The position numbers and the translations under genes were made by a program. The notes under the pieces are model-generated. The model was given only the letters and a program-made list of their open reading frames with translations, did not search any database and had not been told where the DNA came from. A stretch of DNA of 64,000 nucleotides from an uncultured virus (IMG/VR IMGVR_UViG_3300037296_000405) (lineage: Duplodnaviria > Heunggongvirae > Uroviricota > Caudoviricetes). The stretch lies in the IMG/VR virus record IMGVR_UViG_3300037296_000405. One strand, given 5' to 3'. Of the stretch, positions 60,205 to 64,000 are shown in pieces (position 1 is the first letter of the stretch; the number at the start of each line of letters is the position of its first letter).

Positions 60205-61464
60205 ATGGATTATATTAATCAATTTATAATTAAAAAAAGGTCTAAACGAATAGTAATTAGTAGACTAACAGATGTTGATAAAGTTGAAAGAAAACTTTTT
60301 CTTGATTTTATTTTTTTAATCCTAGGTATTTCTTCGGCTGCAATACCATTTTTTTATAATTCATTTAATAAAGAAATTGCCGTAATAAGTTTCTCTTTAT
60401 GGATTTTAATATCTCTTTTTATATATCTAATAAATGAGCATCATATAGGAGATTTACGAGGCACAGAATATTCAGGTGAGGATTATACAATACTTGATTT
60501 GTTCGTAGCTGTATTTCTTAAAGTTCTTATGTTTTTTTGTACACCAAATTATAAAAAATTTATATCTAGTAAAGTTGAGGATAAAGCTTATTTATCAATA
60601 GTTTCAATAAAATCTTTTTATGAGATGTATCATTTTGATTATGAACTTTTATTTGCTTTAGGAGTTAAACCTTTTTTAAATAGATACTTTCGTAGACAAG
60701 AAAAAACTTTAATTAATTTTTTTAAAGAAAGGTTGAGGAATGGGGATAGGGATTTTCAACATAATTTTGTATTTTATTCTTTGATTGTTCCTAAAAAAAG
60801 TATAATTTCTATAGATGCTCTTAAATCGATTTTAACTAATAATCAATTTCCAAACAATAAGTCTTTTTTTATTGAAGGGGCTTCTATGGATTGGATATTA
60901 GACCCTTACAGCAAAATTGATGAAATTTTTAATCTATATAGTGAAAATGATATCAAAAAATTATTTACTAAATATTTTGACTATGAATTATATCTAGAAT
61001 CACTTGAGATTGCAAATAAACATGAGATAGAAATACCTGTATATAAATCTATAGAGGAGATTCATAAATATTTAATTATTTTAGATTCAGATATCGAGAC
61101 AGGTTGTTTTTCGTTAGAGCAAGAAAAGAAAGAGCCAAAATTGATTAATTTGAAACAAGAATTTAAAATAGGAGATGATGTTTATAAATTTCACGTATTT
61201 TTTAATATGTATGAAATTTATGATTGGGGTAAAACTTTGAGGAATTGTCTAGAGAAAGATACTAGACACTATAAGAATGACATTGTAAATAAAAGAAGAT
61301 ACTTAGTTGGTGTTTATAAGAATGGAAAAAAATATGCCGTGTTGCAATTAAATAAGAAGGGGATTATTATGGAACTTAGAAAGAGATTAAATTTAGAATT
61401 AGATAGGTTAGAGATAACATACATTCATGCTAATGTTTCTGATTTTTTTAATTCAAGGAGATAA
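60205..61464 (+). CDS. membrane-anchored PcfJ-like protein
   Basis: TMs; IYDWGKTLRNCL; paralog of 53722. Confidence 0.7.
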   Translation: MDYINQFIIKKRSKRIVISRLTDVDKVERKLFLDFIFLILGISSAAIPFFYNSFNKEIAVISFSLWILISLFIYLINEHHIGDLRGTEYSGEDYTILDLFVAVFLKVLMFFCTPNYKKFISSKVEDKAYLSIVSIKSFYEMYHFDYELLFALGVKPFLNRYFRRQEKTLINFFKERLRNGDRDFQHNFVFYSLIVPKKSIISIDALKSILTNNQFPNNKSFFIEGASMDWILDPYSKIDEIFNLYSENDIKKLFTKYFDYELYLESLEIANKHEIEIPVYKSIEEIHKYLIILDSDIETGCFSLEQEKKEPKLINLKQEFKIGDDVYKFHVFFNMYEIYDWGKTLRNCLEKDTRHYKNDIVNKRRYLVGVYKNGKKYAVLQLNKKGIIMELRKRLNLELDRLEITYIHANVSDFFNSRR

Positions 61465-61466
61465 TT

Positions 61467-62051
61467 GTGAAAATCATTGCAATAGTAGGTGGTTCTGGTT
61501 CGGGTAAGTCTACTCTATCTGAATTTATATCGGAACATAATTCGAATGTTTCTATATTGAAACAAGATAACTACTATAAAACCCCAGATAGCGAAGATTA
61601 TAACTTTGATGACCCAAAAAGTATTGATTGGAAAAGATTAGTAAATGATATCCAAATGATGAAGAAAGGTTTAGAAGTTAAAGTTCCACAATATGATTTT
61701 ATAAATAGAGAAAGAATGAATGAAGAAAAAGATTTTGTATATAAAGATATTATAATTATTGAAGGAACATTATTATTATCAAAAGTTAAGTTAAGAAAAT
61801 TAGTAGATTTAAGTATATATATTGATACTCCCTCACACATCCGTTATAGCCGTAGACTTAAAAGAGATACAGAGATTAGGGGTAGAACTCCAGAAGCTGT
61901 TAAGAAGCAATTTTTAGAGCAAGTAGAGCCTATGCATATTCAATTCATAGAAACACACAAACATCATGCTGATATGTTAATAAAAGATAATAATTCAACA
62001 GAAGTTTTAAACAATAAGCTAATAGAATTAATGAAACTTATTTCGAGTTAA
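61467..62051 (+). CDS. udk: uridine kinase
   Basis: GGSGSGKST, QDNYY, NFDDP, IIEG, RRLKRD...RGR. Confidence 0.92.
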   Translation: MKIIAIVGGSGSGKSTLSEFISEHNSNVSILKQDNYYKTPDSEDYNFDDPKSIDWKRLVNDIQMMKKGLEVKVPQYDFINRERMNEEKDFVYKDIIIIEGTLLLSKVKLRKLVDLSIYIDTPSHIRYSRRLKRDTEIRGRTPEAVKKQFLEQVEPMHIQFIETHKHHADMLIKDNNSTEVLNNKLIELMKLISS

Positions 62052-62551
62052 CCTCGCCACTCTTCATTAGGTTTTCTTATGATGATTTTATTATCTGAAA
62101 GAATTTCTTCACAATCATCAATTAGTGCAAAGTACTCTTCATCACTAAGAGGAGGTTTGTCTAATGCAGACTTTTCAAGGGTGTCAAACTCAACCATTAG
62201 TGAATCTAGCATCGAAGGATATTTTAGTATATCTATTTTTTTTAAATTAGGAAAAGAATCTTCGGTAGGAATATTGTCTGAATAAACGACAGATATCTTA
62301 CTTTTAGATTTGTAAAAATCACTAACTCTAATAATTGATTTGTAATTTAAGAATTCAGATAGAGACATTTCAATTTGCCTTGAATATTCATTTATATTTA
62401 TATCATCATGAAAAGTCTCATATATAAGATAATATTCATAGTCTTTGACATTGTTAGTCTCATCTACAAGACTTTTAATTATTTTTTTATCTAAATAATT
62501 ATTATTTATTATTTCCTGAGCTTCTGATGAATTTATATGAAAATGAATCAT
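62048..62551 (-). CDS. hypothetical protein
   Basis: ORF, ATGA overlap. Confidence 0.65.
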   Translation of the reverse strand: MIHFHINSSEAQEIINNNYLDKKIIKSLVDETNNVKDYEYYLIYETFHDDININEYSRQIEMSLSEFLNYKSIIRVSDFYKSKSKISVVYSDNIPTEDSFPNLKKIDILKYPSMLDSLMVEFDTLEKSALDKPPLSDEEYFALIDDCEEILSDNKIIIRKPNEEWRG

Positions 62552-63894
62552 TTAGTATTTGCCTTAATAAGTCCGTGTTTATGTAGTAATTTTTTGATAA
62601 ATTTTCTATCTGGTAAAGAAACTCCCTGAGAACGAGTTTTCTTAGACTCAAATTGAACGATAACTCCATTTTTTATCTCTATATTATATTGAATATTTTC
62701 TGGAGTATAATCTTTAAATTTCTTCACTTTAGAGAACCCAATTAACAGAGTTTTTCCCTTTGATGCTTTGCTCGCATAACTTGTTCCTTGACCAATACAA
62801 TTTCCCATAGTATTAGACCAAGATATTAATTCATAATAGTCTTGAGGAATAATACAGGTCATTTCAATTTCATCAAAATATTTTGATTTAATTTCTTCAA
62901 GTTGAGGGAAGTGGCTTTCTTCTACTAAAGGAAAGTTTTCTCCAGCTTCTATTTTAAAAGCTTCTCTTTTTAAGAATTCTTTTAACTCAGTAATATTGAG
63001 AAATTTATTATTACTTAAATCATGTACTGTAGCGACGATAGGATATTTTTGTAATATTAAGATTACATCATCAACAACAAAACCTTTTTTTATAAAAGAT
63101 AGAATCTTTTTTTCAGTAAAATGTGAAAACACTTTGTTTAACAAGTGGAAGTTAACATTACTGTTAGTATTTTTAAATAAAGAATCTATTGATTTATTTT
63201 CGTATACTTTTTTAAAATTGTTAGAACTTAAAATATCTTTAAATATTGTGCCGTACATAAGAATACTACAATCAATAGACTTGGATTCCTCATCGAGTAA
63301 TTCATTTAAAATATATTTTTGTAAATTCTTTCCATCACCACCAAAGTAAGTTGAACAAATTTCCTCTATAGAAGATTCTTTTATGAATATACTTTTGATT
63401 GCATGAGGAAGGTTTGCATAACTATAGAATGGAAGCTCTTTATATTCGTTAACCTTATCCATGAAAACGACTTGACTTCTTTTATCGGGACAGTAAGCTT
63501 GACTATTGAAAAGATTCTTTACTTTTTTTCTGGTTTCTAAGTCTTCTTTATAGTTGGTATCAAACACCAAATTTTTAAAAAACTTAATTAAATAATCAAC
63601 TGAAACATCGTTACTTAAACTATTGTTAATTATTTCAGTAAATATTTTAGGGGCTTTAACTTCATTAATAAAAATATTACCTTTATCAATTCTAAGGTCT
63701 TTATTTGATTGAGCTTTAAATAAGCCCATCGAGGATAAAGCATCTTCAAATATTGTATCAGTTAAAGGTTTTTTACTTAATTTTTTTAGTACAGAGTTAT
63801 ATAGATTTTCATCTTCTTCTTTTTTTACAAAATACCAATGACCTTGATAGCAAATATTAAGTTGATTATCTACTTTTTGAAAAAATCGTTTCAT
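62548..63894 (-). CDS. PcfJ-like protein with rIIB-like N-terminus
   Basis: LISWSNTMGNCIG...NIEI...VQF; N-terminal IDKGNIFI...YLIKFFKNL. Confidence 0.65.
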   Translation of the reverse strand: MKRFFQKVDNQLNICYQGHWYFVKKEEDENLYNSVLKKLSKKPLTDTIFEDALSSMGLFKAQSNKDLRIDKGNIFINEVKAPKIFTEIINNSLSNDVSVDYLIKFFKNLVFDTNYKEDLETRKKVKNLFNSQAYCPDKRSQVVFMDKVNEYKELPFYSYANLPHAIKSIFIKESSIEEICSTYFGGDGKNLQKYILNELLDEESKSIDCSILMYGTIFKDILSSNNFKKVYENKSIDSLFKNTNSNVNFHLLNKVFSHFTEKKILSFIKKGFVVDDVILILQKYPIVATVHDLSNNKFLNITELKEFLKREAFKIEAGENFPLVEESHFPQLEEIKSKYFDEIEMTCIIPQDYYELISWSNTMGNCIGQGTSYASKASKGKTLLIGFSKVKKFKDYTPENIQYNIEIKNGVIVQFESKKTRSQGVSLPDRKFIKKLLHKHGLIKANTK

Positions 63895-64000
63895 GACTAA
63901 CTCCCTGTAATAATTATACAGGATCTATCCTGATATTGCAAGTTTTATTAAAAAATTAAGTTAAGAGACTTTTTTCTTAACCTTTTTTTTCTTGGTAGAT

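Noticed and set aside
254..63349. Antisense or overlapping ORFs in the track (254, 7338, 15543, 20413, 23298, 26533, 28004, 28254, 29238, 32837, 33890, 34517, 36459, 44152, 45767, 46841, 47429, 48837, 50958, 51765, 58474, 61598, 62079, 62996)
   Set aside because: They lie within better-supported genes, with shadow-frame composition and no start signals
1..64000. Genome-wide TAG or TGA recoding
   Set aside because: Conserved genes are full length under code 11 with high coding density, and TAG terminates several genes at sensible ends (e.g. pth2, rIIA-like, RNA ligase); only one clear internal TAG
1..64000. CRISPR array, tRNA, IS element, intron or intein
   Set aside because: No regularly spaced repeats, cloverleaf with T-loop, transposase or interrupted conserved gene was found by eye; a tRNAscan/CRISPR search would be more sensitive

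Overview
Very AT-rich, densely coding 64 kb with many short genes on both strands. No virion, rRNA, tRNA or CRISPR features were seen. The gene mix is most consistent with the accessory/early region of a jumbo phage or similar giant mobile element, but this is inferred and no hallmark capsid or terminase gene lies in the window. The mix includes a T4-like Rnl1 plus two other RNA ligases, an HD-kinase and a HAD end-healing enzyme, an rIIA-like ATPase, five PcfJ-like proteins, an orphan C5 methylase and an RlaP-type nucleotidyltransferase. It also has scattered host-like genes (adk, udk, trpS, ligA, cysQ, endA, a TonB C-domain, pth2). Top candidate systems: (1) a five-gene module at 11.8-16.4 kb pairing a GNAT-like protein, a ThiF adenylyltransferase and an OmpR-type regulator with two divergent histidine kinases, with an 11-bp tandem operator between them, resembling a self-contained signal synthesis and sensing circuit; (2) a MazG-like, cupin and truncated class II aaRS-like operon at 22.6-24.0 kb; (3) a structured minus-strand RNA at 42.2-42.4 kb carrying a 13-nt perfect complement of the 16S anti-Shine-Dalgarno tail, in a genome where many genes appear leaderless. 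All family calls are from motif recognition by eye; no database searches were run.
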